Assembly (NCBI RefSeq): GCF_002214165.1
Contig: NZ_CP019964.1
Coordinates: 540,001-572,000, forward strand
Direction of reading: 5' to 3'
From: Candidatus Saccharimonadota bacterium
GTDB taxonomy: Archaea > Micrarchaeota > Micrarchaeia > Micrarchaeales > Micrarchaeaceae
DNA length: 32,000 nucleotides
Part shown: in pieces, positions 1 to 8,915 of the stretch
Numbering within the stretch: position 1 is the first letter of the stretch
Layout: every line of letters starts with the position of its first letter
Translations under genes and position numbers: made by a program
Notes under the pieces: model-generated
The model's database searches: none
Seen by the model: the letters and a program-made list of their open reading frames with translations, nothing else
What the model was told of the DNA's origin: nothing

Positions 1-564
1 ATAACAGTTCCTGCATCTTGGCTCGTACAATCCCTTTCCGCCTATTTTTATTATAGCTCCAAAATATGGCTTTCCATCATTTATCCTTTGTGTAAATGTG
101 GCATCCTCTCCGCATTTCGAGCAAACGGCAGTAAGCGAATATATTTCATCTGAAATGCCCAAAATCTTTTTCGTAATTGCAAAGGGTTTCCCAAAATGGT
201 CCCTGTTCAACGCAGAGCAGTAGATAGTTTTTCCAGAAAATGCGAGGTCTTCTATGAAATCGTCAATATGCGAGGATTCCTTCCAGAATTGAACTTCGTC
301 AAACCCGATTATATTTATGCCTTTTATTTTACCCTTGATCGAATCCCTAGAGTCCAATCCAATTGGGGATCTTATTGCATTCATCTTTATTCCGTTGTGG
401 CTTGTAACCTCGTTTTCAGAATACCTGAAATCTATATTTGGCTTAAATAATGCAACCTTTCTTCCAGCTCTCATATGCCTTTCAAGGAGCTCTATCAGCC
501 TGGAGGTTTTTCCGGAGAACATAGGGCCTGTTATAGTTATTACTTTACCAATCTTATTACCCAA
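1..564 (-). CDS. tdk: thymidine kinase, C-terminal few residues cut off by the window edge
   Basis: Absent from the ORF track because it is open at the edge. The reverse-strand translation reads (TTG)GNKIGKVITITGPMFSGKTSRLIELLERH...IIGFDEVQF...CSKCGEDATFTQR...YEPRCRNCY. It carries the P-loop GPMFSGKT, a Walker-B-like FDEVQF and the C-terminal 4-Cys zinc motif of type II thymidine kinases. The start is assigned to TTG (complement of 562-564), with an in-frame TAA just upstream. The ATG at 520-522 lies inside the P-loop and cannot be the start. Confidence 0.85.
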   Translation of the reverse strand, partial: MGNKIGKVITITGPMFSGKTSRLIELLERHMRAGRKVALFKPNIDFRYSENEVTSHNGIKMNAIRSPIGLDSRDSIKGKIKGINIIGFDEVQFWKESSHIDDFIEDLAFSGKTIYCSALNRDHFGKPFAITKKILGISDEIYSLTAVCSKCGEDATFTQRINDGKPYFGAIIKIGGKGLYEPRCRNCY

Positions 565-663
565 TAAAGCACCACTTATTTATCCAAGTATTGATTAAAA
601 TATTTTCTGTTAATTTTAGATAGTTTTAAAAGCAAATCATTCAAATTCATAAAGTGTGTATTT

Positions 664-996
664 ATGGCTGACTTCAGCAATTTCTCAAACCTCGACATAA
701 GAGTAGGAAAGATATTAGAAGCAAATGAATTCCCCGAGGCTAAAGTACCCTCTTATAAATTGAAAGTTGATTTTGGAAGCGGAATAGGGATTAAAAATTC
801 CTCCGCGCACATAACAAACTATAATATAAAAGACCTCGAAGGCAAGAGGGTGATAGGCGTAGTTAACTTTCCCCCTAAGCAGGTAGGCCATTTCCTATCT
901 GAAGTGCTTATATTGGGAGTGATGACGGATTCTGGAGTAAAGCTCTTGTCCGCAGATGATATAGACAATCTTGAGTTGGGTAGCAAGATAGGCTAA
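664..996 (+). CDS. csaA: CsaA/Trbp111-type OB-fold tRNA-binding protein
   Basis: A 110-aa ORF that is collinear over its whole length with the CsaA family pattern as recalled from Bacillus CsaA: LDIRVGKI..A.EFPEA.VP.YKL.VDFG..IGIK.SSA.IT.Y....L.GK.VIGVVNFPP...G..SEVL.LG. Confidence 0.85.
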   Translation: MADFSNFSNLDIRVGKILEANEFPEAKVPSYKLKVDFGSGIGIKNSSAHITNYNIKDLEGKRVIGVVNFPPKQVGHFLSEVLILGVMTDSGVKLLSADDIDNLELGSKIG

Positions 997-1013
997 GGCG
1001 AAGGTGCATATCC

Positions 1014-2408
1014 TTGGAATATACTTTGAACAAGGTCCTTGGGCTAAGGGACGCAGTAATAATCAACCTTGGCGCAATAATAGGCGCAGGCATATTCGTC
1101 ATAATAGGCTTGGCTATAGGAAGGTCGGGGCCTGCAATAATATTGTCAATACTCCTTTCGGCCTTCATAGCGATACTTACAGGATTGAGCTTCTCGGAGA
1201 TTGCAAGACATACTTCAAAAGAAGGGGGAGTGTATGAATATGGAAAAGAGGCATTCACCCCAGCCGCAGGATTTGTCGGAGGCTTGATGTGGACATTCAG
1301 CAACATGATAGCGATATCCGCGGTTGCATTGAGCTTGGGGCAGTATGTAGATTCATTCCTGAGCATAAAAACCCCTGCCATGTTTTTTGCAATACCTGCA
1401 ATAGTGATCTTTGCATTGCTGAACATATTTGGGATAAAGAATTCCGCGAAGACTCTCACAGCATTGGTTGCCCTGAACATAATCATACTTGTGCTTTTCA
1501 TAATGTTCGGGCTTACGCATTTTGCAATCTCCAATTTTACTAATTTCGCCCCAAATGGTTTCAATGGAATTCTTGCTGGATCTGCATTGATATTCTTTGC
1601 ATTTACCGGATTTTCAAGGGTCACGACAATTGGTGACGAGGTAAAGGATTCGGAGAAGACGATACCAAAGGCTATAGTGGCATCGATATTGATATCGGCC
1701 GTAATATACATTGCGATAGCCGTTGTCGCTGTTGGTTTGCTTCCCTACCAGGATATAGCTTCATCCGCTGCTCCTTTGTCTGCGGCAATAGCCGTATTGC
1801 ATAATCCCATAATTGATCTAATAATTGCATTTGGAGGTATTACCGCAACGGCTGGCGTTGTTCTTACTGGGATATTAGGGACAAGCAGGGTGTTATTCGC
1901 AATGGGCAGGGACAACGAGCTTCCCGGCCAGATTGCAAAGATAGACCGGTATTCAACGCCTCAAGTAGCAATAGTGCTTTCCGCCATAATAGCAATAGTA
2001 TTCATATACTTTGTATCGTTTTCAACAATAGTTGAGGCCTCCAATGCGGCTGTCCTAATAGCTTATGCGATAATCAATGTGTCCGCATTGGTATTGTGGA
2101 ACAGGCTCAGGAAGGAGGAGATAAAGACAAACAAGCTGATAAGGAGAAGCTACTTCTTCATAATACCTATATTGTCCGTGATAACAATAGCGGTAACGAT
2201 AGCTTACCTTGGCTATATCGCATTGGAGTCAAGCTTCGTAATATTCGTTGCTTTTTCCTTGATATATTTAGTAAAATACGGGATTTCCAAATCAGGCCAT
2301 GGGGTATCGGCAAATGAGCATGTGCCATATGTCAGCATGGTCCGGCTTTTCGGAAAGAGCAGGTCGGAATTTTCGAAGCTTGTCAATTCCGGAAGGTACA
2401 AGCCTTGA
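1014..2408 (+). CDS. APC-superfamily amino-acid permease
   Basis: 464 aa, polytopic (about 12 hydrophobic segments), with the N-terminal motif NLGAIIGAGIFV typical of APC transporters. The TTG start has a GGTG Shine-Dalgarno-like motif 7 nt upstream. The gene begins 17 nt after the csaA stop. Confidence 0.85.
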   Translation: MEYTLNKVLGLRDAVIINLGAIIGAGIFVIIGLAIGRSGPAIILSILLSAFIAILTGLSFSEIARHTSKEGGVYEYGKEAFTPAAGFVGGLMWTFSNMIAISAVALSLGQYVDSFLSIKTPAMFFAIPAIVIFALLNIFGIKNSAKTLTALVALNIIILVLFIMFGLTHFAISNFTNFAPNGFNGILAGSALIFFAFTGFSRVTTIGDEVKDSEKTIPKAIVASILISAVIYIAIAVVAVGLLPYQDIASSAAPLSAAIAVLHNPIIDLIIAFGGITATAGVVLTGILGTSRVLFAMGRDNELPGQIAKIDRYSTPQVAIVLSAIIAIVFIYFVSFSTIVEASNAAVLIAYAIINVSALVLWNRLRKEEIKTNKLIRRSYFFIIPILSVITIAVTIAYLGYIALESSFVIFVAFSLIYLVKYGISKSGHGVSANEHVPYVSMVRLFGKSRSEFSKLVNSGRYKP

Positions 2409-2573
2409 GCTAATATTCAACAACCGAAGTTGAATCCTTAAGGCGCTTGTTTGCTGGTAAAATGAATGCTTTAGGGATACCAATATAAAAGTTAATATCC
2501 AATTTAGCAGAGTGCAGGTAAAACTTTTAAGCTTGGACTGCAATTGCATTTATCATAGCTTTTGGATGGTAAC

Positions 2574-3890
2574 ATGGTTTTGGAAATCGTGCCTAATTTA
2601 GTAAACAACCTTTGGGTAGTTGTTGCCGCGCTGCTTGTTTTCATCATGACTATTGCAGTAGGGTTTCTTGAGATAGGGGAACTTGGAAAGCATTACAGCA
2701 GGGCCTTGGTAAAGACTATAATAATAACGGTATCAGCGATATTCATAATGGCTATCATAGGGTTCAATACCGCGTTTGCTCCTACAGTATATGGAGTAAT
2801 AGGAAATCCGTTTTACGGGCCTGGGCTGCTTTTAGGCGAATTCTCATCCAACGCACAAGGTTTGTTGACTGGCGTTTGGTGGTCGATGGGTCCAAAATAT
2901 TTCAACACGGGGTTGGCTACAGGCTCGTACTTTTTGTTTGAGGCGGCATTCGCATCGGTCACCTTTGCATTGGTGAGCGTAATCGTCTTGAAGAAGGTCA
3001 AGATGAAGGCATTGGCTCTATTCTCGATAGCTTATTTTATATTGATATGGAACTTGCCAGCAGCCTGGATCTGGAACCCTACAGGGTGGCTGTATCTTAT
3101 GGGCATGAGGGACTTCGCAGGTGGGCTTGTGGTGCATGCCGCCGCAGGAGCGGCAGGGCTTGCCATAGTTCTGGAGATATGGCTTGAAGAAAAGAAGAGA
3201 GGGTTCAAGCAGAGCCCGAAGGTCGGCATAAAGCTCAATAAGAGCTGGCTGGCCTTGGGAATACTTCTGCTTTGGATGGGATGGTTCGGATTCAACCCTG
3301 GAAGCGTCCTTGCTTTCAACTCCAGCGCATTGACCGTCGTGCTTACAACTTTCCTTGCTGCGTCTTCGGCTGCAGTTTCTACTATGGGATTCAAATGGCT
3401 AAAAGACAGGGCTAAGCCGGATATAGCCTATGGAGTTAATGGGATATTGATGGGGCTGATAATTATAACTCCGCTTGCGGGGTTTGTGAGTCCTGGAAGC
3501 GCAATAGTCCTTGGGCTTATCGGAGGGCCTTTGTTCCTTGCTGCAGAGCGGTATTTTTCAAAGGCTAAAGGGTTTACGGATCCTGTAGGCCTGTTCCCGG
3601 GGCACTTGGTTGGGGGTATTTTTGGAGTGCTGATGATTGCGTTCTTTACGCAGCATTCGTTTGCCGCAGCTTCTGGTAATGGCATACTTCCCAATGGGCT
3701 ATTATTTGGCGGAGGGCTGAGCGCATTGCACCAGCTTGGGATTGAGGCTTTTGGGATAATAGTAGTGTTTGCGGCAGTGTTCCTGCTATCGTTTGCTTTC
3801 ATATGGCTGATAGCAAAATGCATAGGTGGAATAACCGATTCCGCCTATTACAAGGAGATCAAAAGCGCTAAGGCAGGTCACAGGAATTAG
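2574..3890 (+). CDS. amt: ammonium transporter (Amt family)
   Basis: Polytopic protein with Amt signatures (DFAGGLVVHAAAGAAGLA, WFGFNPGS, twin-His region). The ORF track starts at TTG 2562. I prefer ATG 2574, which is preceded by GGATGGT. Confidence 0.9.
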   Translation: MVLEIVPNLVNNLWVVVAALLVFIMTIAVGFLEIGELGKHYSRALVKTIIITVSAIFIMAIIGFNTAFAPTVYGVIGNPFYGPGLLLGEFSSNAQGLLTGVWWSMGPKYFNTGLATGSYFLFEAAFASVTFALVSVIVLKKVKMKALALFSIAYFILIWNLPAAWIWNPTGWLYLMGMRDFAGGLVVHAAAGAAGLAIVLEIWLEEKKRGFKQSPKVGIKLNKSWLALGILLLWMGWFGFNPGSVLAFNSSALTVVLTTFLAASSAAVSTMGFKWLKDRAKPDIAYGVNGILMGLIIITPLAGFVSPGSAIVLGLIGGPLFLAAERYFSKAKGFTDPVGLFPGHLVGGIFGVLMIAFFTQHSFAAASGNGILPNGLLFGGGLSALHQLGIEAFGIIVVFAAVFLLSFAFIWLIAKCIGGITDSAYYKEIKSAKAGHRN

Positions 3891-3998
3891 CCGGCTGCCC
3901 ATAACCATCGCATTGGGATTCTGTTGACCCGCGGTGGTTGATATAGAACCTCATGCTTGAACGTATGTAATATATACTTTTATTGAGAAAGAGAAATT

Positions 3999-6413
3999 AT
4001 GGTCGCGGATTTGAAGGACCTCACTTCGGATGAGCTTGTAAAGAAGCTTGAATCTGATTATGAAAAAGGGCTTTCTGAAGATGAGGAGAAGAAAAGGCTG
4101 GAGCAGTATGGCTATAACCAGTTCACTGAGGAGAAGCAGAATTTTGTACTCCTTTTCCTGAAAAAGTTCTACGGCCCTGTCCAGCTCCTCCTTTGGCTTA
4201 TAATAGTTATATCATTCCTCCTAAATCACATGCACACGTTCTACATCGTGATTGCGCTTCTTGTTTTCAATGCTGTGGTCGGGTTCTTTGAAGAGTACCG
4301 GGCGGACAAGTCGGTCGATGCACTGAAGAGCAGGCTTTCGCCAACGGCAAGGGTAAAGCGCTCCGGATCCTGGGTGATGGTGCCAACAAACCTCATAGTT
4401 CCCGGTGACATAGTAAGGATACGCCTCGGGGACATAGTGCCTGCGGATGCAAAGGTGATTGAAGGCAATTCCCTTGAAATAGACGAATCTATATTGAATG
4501 GCGAATCCCTCCCTAAGGACAAGGCCAAGGACGATACTTTATATGAAGGAAGCATAGTTAAGAGAGGGGAAGGTACTGCCATCGTATTTGGCACTGGGTA
4601 CAATACATTTTATGGAAGGACTGCAAAGCTGGTCCAGCATGCAAAGCCCAAATCGCATTTGGAGACCGCTATAATGGGAATAGTGAAATACCTCATAGCA
4701 GGGGATATCGCAATAATACTTGTGATGTTCGGCTATGGGGTGTTTGTGCTGCATACTGCAATAACCGTGCTGCTTCCATTCCTCCTTGTCATGTTCATCG
4801 CATCCGTTCCTGTAGCGCTTTCTGCCGCATTTACAGTTTCGATGGCTCTTGGGACACAGAGGCTTGCTTCAAAATCGATATTGGTTACAAAGCTGGAGGC
4901 AATTGAAGAAACCTCAAATATGGATGTACTCTGCATGGACAAGACCGGCACCTTGACGATGAACAAGATAACCGTCAAGGACACTTACCCGTATAAATGC
5001 GGTGTTGGTGACATACTGAGGTATGCCTACGATTCGTCAAGGGAAGAAGACAACGACCCCATAGACAATGCGGTTATTGACTACTGCAAATCGAATAAGA
5101 TAAAGCCCGACAAGCAGGAGAATTTCCTACCTTTTGACCCATCATTGAAAAGGACCGAAGCGATAATAGACGAAAATGGCAAAAAGTACAAGGTGGCGAA
5201 AGGGGCAGCCCATGTTATAATCGCGATGAGCGGCAACCTTTCCGCTGATGACCTTGATTCATACAAGAAAAAGCTGCTTGAATTTGCAAATAATGGATTT
5301 AGGACTATTGCAGTTGCGACCAATGAGGACCTTGAAAGCAAGGACAGCAGCAACTGGTCTTTCAAAGGCTTCGTGGCACTTTACGATCCACCAAGGCCTG
5401 ATTCAAAAGAGCTGATAAAAGAGCTTCACTCCCTTGGGGTTGGAACTAAGATGATAACCGGGGACAACATAGCGGTGGCTACACAGATATCAAACCAGCT
5501 AGGCATAGGCAATAACATAATTGACCTCACCGCATCCGAGAAGGAAGGCAACAAAAAGGCTCTTGAAGAGATGATAGAGAAGGCGAACGGATTCGCAGAT
5601 GTATACCCTGAAGACAAATACCAGATTGTAAAGTCATTGCAGAATTACAAGCATATAGTTGGAATGACTGGTGACGGGGTCAATGATGCACCCGCATTGA
5701 AGCAGGCGGAAGTTGGCATTGCCGTTTCCAACGCTACCGACGTGGCGAAGAGCGCTGCCGCTTTGGTACTGACCAAAAACGGCATTGAGGTAATAACCAA
5801 CGCGATAAAGGAGAGCAGAAGGATATTCAGGAGGATGGTAACGTATTCTATGGTAAAGATAAGCAAGGTATTCCAGATAATAGGGTTCATAGCCATAATC
5901 TATATCGCCTTGCATTACATAGCGATATCTCCATTCCTCCTTGTGCTGCTCATATTCACAAATGATATAGTCAACATAGCAATATCGACGGACAATGAGA
6001 ATTACTCGTCAAGCCCGAATGCATGGAACGTTCGCTCCATAATGTCGGTATCGATGATAATAGGGTTCCTGCTTATAGCGCAATCTCTGTTGCTCCTGCC
6101 TGTGGAATTTGACCTGCTGCACCTCACGGTCCTTCAGTTTGAGACAGCGACATTCATAATGTTCGACATATCCGACAACTTCATGGTCTACAATATAAGG
6201 TCAAAGCGTCCGTTCTGGAAAAGCAGGCCGAGCAACACATTATTGTTGTCGTCAGTATTTGGAATCGGCTTGGGCCTTGCCCTGGCCCTTTCCGGGACGT
6301 TCATGGCGGCCATACCCTTGGAAATGGCGGGATTCATAATAGCATTCGCGGTCATATTCCTATTCGTGATAGATGCGGCGAAGTACAGGCTTTTTAAGCA
6401 TTTGGGGGTATAA
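3999..6413 (+). CDS. P-type ATPase, plasma-membrane H+-ATPase-like (P3A-like)
   Basis: 804 aa with the phosphorylation motif CMDKTGTLT, plus MITGDN and the hinge GMTGDGVNDAPALKQAEVGIAV. The N-terminus GLSEDEEKKRLEQYGYNQF and the length resemble archaeal/fungal/plant H+-ATPases. Ion specificity is inferred, not shown. Confidence 0.85.
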   Translation: MVADLKDLTSDELVKKLESDYEKGLSEDEEKKRLEQYGYNQFTEEKQNFVLLFLKKFYGPVQLLLWLIIVISFLLNHMHTFYIVIALLVFNAVVGFFEEYRADKSVDALKSRLSPTARVKRSGSWVMVPTNLIVPGDIVRIRLGDIVPADAKVIEGNSLEIDESILNGESLPKDKAKDDTLYEGSIVKRGEGTAIVFGTGYNTFYGRTAKLVQHAKPKSHLETAIMGIVKYLIAGDIAIILVMFGYGVFVLHTAITVLLPFLLVMFIASVPVALSAAFTVSMALGTQRLASKSILVTKLEAIEETSNMDVLCMDKTGTLTMNKITVKDTYPYKCGVGDILRYAYDSSREEDNDPIDNAVIDYCKSNKIKPDKQENFLPFDPSLKRTEAIIDENGKKYKVAKGAAHVIIAMSGNLSADDLDSYKKKLLEFANNGFRTIAVATNEDLESKDSSNWSFKGFVALYDPPRPDSKELIKELHSLGVGTKMITGDNIAVATQISNQLGIGNNIIDLTASEKEGNKKALEEMIEKANGFADVYPEDKYQIVKSLQNYKHIVGMTGDGVNDAPALKQAEVGIAVSNATDVAKSAAALVLTKNGIEVITNAIKESRRIFRRMVTYSMVKISKVFQIIGFIAIIYIALHYIAISPFLLVLLIFTNDIVNIAISTDNENYSSSPNAWNVRSIMSVSMIIGFLLIAQSLLLLPVEFDLLHLTVLQFETATFIMFDISDNFMVYNIRSKRPFWKSRPSNTLLLSSVFGIGLGLALALSGTFMAAIPLEMAGFIIAFAVIFLFVIDAAKYRLFKHLGV

Positions 6414-6501
6414 ATTCAGCAGCAATAAAATAGTAATAAATATATTAATGTACTATATAATCTGTAAATTGAGCCTTTTAAAGGCCTATAGTGGTTGTTT
6501 G

Positions 6502-7209
6502 ATGCAGAATAATTATCTTCCTCGCAGTGTGGCCATAATACCAGACGGCAATAGGAGGTGGGCAAAGTCCCATAAGCTACAATTGATGCGTGGTTATGAC
6601 ATAGGTATAAACAAGGCTATAAGCGTAAGCCTTTGGCTGAATAAGCTTGGGATAAAGGAGCTTTCAATATGGGCACTTTCAACTGAAAATGTGAAGAACA
6701 GGAGCAAAGACGAGCTTAAGCTTCTTTACAGCCTTTACAAGAGAACTTCCACCGATCCTAAAGTCATAAGCAAGTTCAACAAGAATAATGCAAAGGTCGT
6801 ATTGGTCGGGGACCTTAAAATACTTCCTGCGGACGTAAGGCGTGACCTAAGGTCATTGGAAAAAGCAACCTCGAAGAATAACGACCTAAGGATAAACCTC
6901 ATGATAGGTTATGGGGGGCAGGAGGAACTAGTGCATGCAGTCAAAAGGCTGCTGGCAGATAGGATAAAAAGAAGGATAAAGACGATAAATGAATCGATAT
7001 TTAGGACTTACCTTAGATCCGCATGCCTTATAGACCCTGATCTTATAATAAGGACATCTGGAGAGATGAGGCTTTCCGGATTTCTTCCATGGCAATCCGC
7101 ATACTCGGAGCTTTATTTTGTAAACAAGTACTGGCCAGACTTCAACGAAAAGGACCTCAAGGAGGCAATCGAGGAGTATTCAAGGAGGAGCAGGCGTTAC
7201 GGCAAGTGA
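6502..7209 (+). CDS. uppS: undecaprenyl/di-trans,poly-cis-polyprenyl diphosphate synthase (cis-prenyltransferase)
   Basis: Motifs AIIPDGNRRWAK and RTSGEMRLSGFLPWQSAYSELYF. The track ORF begins at 6373, but that extension overlaps the ATPase 3' end and has no family similarity. ATG 6502 gives the canonical N-terminus. Confidence 0.9.
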   Translation: MQNNYLPRSVAIIPDGNRRWAKSHKLQLMRGYDIGINKAISVSLWLNKLGIKELSIWALSTENVKNRSKDELKLLYSLYKRTSTDPKVISKFNKNNAKVVLVGDLKILPADVRRDLRSLEKATSKNNDLRINLMIGYGGQEELVHAVKRLLADRIKRRIKTINESIFRTYLRSACLIDPDLIIRTSGEMRLSGFLPWQSAYSELYFVNKYWPDFNEKDLKEAIEEYSRRSRRYGK

Positions 7210-7254
7210 GCTTAAGGATACACTTTTTCTTATTTTGTATGAGATTAATGTAAA

Positions 7255-7306
7255 TTTGATATTTGAATATCAAAATGCTTAAATAATTTGATATTCTAAT
7301 ATCAAA
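7255..7306. promoter_or_regulatory. two copies of a 20-bp palindrome (TTTGATATT-NN-AATATCAAA) flanking a TATA-like box; putative operator pair
   Basis: Copy 1 is at 7255-7274 (TTTGATATT TG AATATCAAA) and copy 2 at 7287-7306 (TTTGATATT CT AATATCAAA). Each has perfect 9-bp arms, and the centres are 32 bp apart. TTAAATAAT (7279-7287) lies between them, about 25 nt upstream of the ATG at 7308. Copy 2 ends 1 nt before that ATG. Confidence 0.6.
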
Positions 7307-7307
7307 T

Positions 7308-8639
7308 ATGGACTTAAGCAGAATCGCAAACCAGAACCCTTGGTGGAATGATCGCTCTGCGATAGAAAAAGACGAAAAGGTAAAAACCGTCCTGGATACC
7401 AAAGGCAGAATAGACGTGCAGCTCAAAGAGGAAAATCAGGTGCTGGTTGGCCCAAGGCAGCTTGGAAAAACCACAGCGTTGAAATATGATATTTACAAGA
7501 AGATAACAAAGGAACATACCGACCCAAAACACTTAATGTACTATTCATTTGATACATCAAGGAACTTTGAGGATATATCCGAAGTGATGAGCGCTTTTGT
7601 AAACGCAACCAGCGGCAAGTCCTTCCTTTATCTGGATGAAGTCAGCTTCGTTGATGGATGGCAGAGAGCGGTAAAGTCCTTCCTTGACTCGAAGGAATCC
7701 TCAAACTCAATATTGTACATAACAGGATCTTCTTCAATAAATCTCAAAAAGGAACTGATGCCGGGAAGGGATATAAAATTCATCGAATTTATGCCTCTTT
7801 CTTTCAGGGAATTTTTGATCAGCTTTGGAAGCGAAAGCCTTAAGCAATTTTTAGGGAAAAATAAGGCCACAGATTTAAAATCTGCAATTGAATTGGCCGA
7901 AAGATCAATGGCTTATTTCGAAGAAATAGGCAGCTTGTTTAAAATATACCTGAATACTGGCGGATACCCAGATGCGATATTTGATTATATGACAAATGGG
8001 TATGTCAGGGATTCCATATACGACATCCATTGGAATGCCTTTGTATCGGATATAAGCAAAGCGGGCAAAAGCATTGAGATAGCTACTGCCGTTGTATACG
8101 GATTAGTTGAAAGCTATTCATCAAAGGTGAATCTTTCCCGGATAGCACAGATGCAGGGCATAAAATCGCATGTAACTGTGAGGGAGTACCTTGAGATGCT
8201 TGATGATCTGTTCACTATAAAAAGCATTTTTCCAATTGCGGAAAAGAAATATGTATTCAGGAAGGACAGGAAGGTTTATTTCGATGATCCTTTTCTGTAT
8301 AATTTGTTCGCAAAGAAGCTTAATATAATTGGCAAGAACGCAGAGTCAAAGAAGGTTGAAGGGGTCATTTTCAATAGCTTATACCGTTTTGCAAATAAGG
8401 GCAAACAGATATCGGAGCCGAAGGTTAAAGTTGGGTTTTATTCAGGTAAAAAGGAGGTCGACTTTGTAGTTAATGGGTTTGGATTTGAAGCAAAGTGGCA
8501 GAATGATGTTTCACACAGGGATTTTCCTAATATTGATATAAGGAATAAGATTCTTTTAAGCAAGGGAACCTTCAAAATAGATAATGATGTAGACAAAGCC
8601 AAAATCCTCCCTGCTTCTCTTTTTCTTGCAACTTTGTGA
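7308..8639 (+). CDS. AAA+ ATPase (AAA_14/DUF4143, COG1373-like) with a C-terminal PD-(D/E)xK-like motif
   Basis: N-terminal NPWW, Walker A VLVGPRQLGKTT and Walker B FLYLDEV. The C-terminal EVDFVV...GFEAKW (D385, E394, K396; nt 8460-8495) fits a restriction-endonuclease-like D..ExK motif. Confidence 0.8.
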   Translation: MDLSRIANQNPWWNDRSAIEKDEKVKTVLDTKGRIDVQLKEENQVLVGPRQLGKTTALKYDIYKKITKEHTDPKHLMYYSFDTSRNFEDISEVMSAFVNATSGKSFLYLDEVSFVDGWQRAVKSFLDSKESSNSILYITGSSSINLKKELMPGRDIKFIEFMPLSFREFLISFGSESLKQFLGKNKATDLKSAIELAERSMAYFEEIGSLFKIYLNTGGYPDAIFDYMTNGYVRDSIYDIHWNAFVSDISKAGKSIEIATAVVYGLVESYSSKVNLSRIAQMQGIKSHVTVREYLEMLDDLFTIKSIFPIAEKKYVFRKDRKVYFDDPFLYNLFAKKLNIIGKNAESKKVEGVIFNSLYRFANKGKQISEPKVKVGFYSGKKEVDFVVNGFGFEAKWQNDVSHRDFPNIDIRNKILLSKGTFKIDNDVDKAKILPASLFLATL

Positions 8640-8702
8640 TTAGTTGCAAAGATGGAATTCATTTATCCATTATAATTTTTAAATCAAATAAAAGATCTTG
8701 AA

Positions 8703-8915
8703 TTATATTGTTACATACAGGAATAGCCAAACGATTATCGGGACTGTAAGGTTATCATAATTTGATTGAGTAAATGCTTCTGCAACAGTTCCAATTATAG
8801 CTGCCACAGCTATCCAAACAATATCTATTACAGCAAGAAACTTGTAATTGACGATGCTTGGGAAAAGCAGGATCTTTGTTTTACTTCTCCAATCGCCATA
8901 GCTAGTTAATGTAAA
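8703..8915 (-). pseudogene. possible 3' remnant of a dolichol/phytol (polyprenol) kinase-family membrane protein
   Basis: A 70-codon open frame with no usable ATG/GTG/TTG near its 5' end: FTLTSYGDWRSKTKILLFPSIVNYKFLAVIDIVWIAVAAIIGTVAEAFTQSNYDNLTVPIIVWLFLYVTI*. It contains two hydrophobic helices. The motif ..VAEAF.....YDNLTVP.. resembles, from memory, the conserved C-terminal (D)DNLT(V/I)P motif of CTP-dependent polyprenol kinases. There is no room for the missing roughly 150 N-terminal codons before tRNA-Ala at 8970. Confidence 0.3.

Noticed and set aside
196-598. Two plus-strand ORFs (84 aa and 93 aa) at the left edge.
   Set aside because: They lie antisense to the clearly recognisable thymidine kinase gene, which the track missed because it is open at the window edge.
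908-1711. 267-aa minus-strand ORF antisense to the APC permease. Similar shadow ORFs lie inside amt, the P-type ATPase, rtcB, tnpB, asnS and DUF488 (for example 3032-3394, 4241-4603, 23632-24063, 31340-31798 and 13684-14067).
   Set aside because: All overlap well-supported genes on the opposite strand or in another frame, and none has recognisable motifs or start signals.
6373-6501. N-terminal 43-codon extension of uppS given by the ORF track.
   Set aside because: It overlaps the 3' end of the P-type ATPase gene and crosses an AT-rich promoter-like spacer. The canonical UppS N-terminus begins at ATG 6502.
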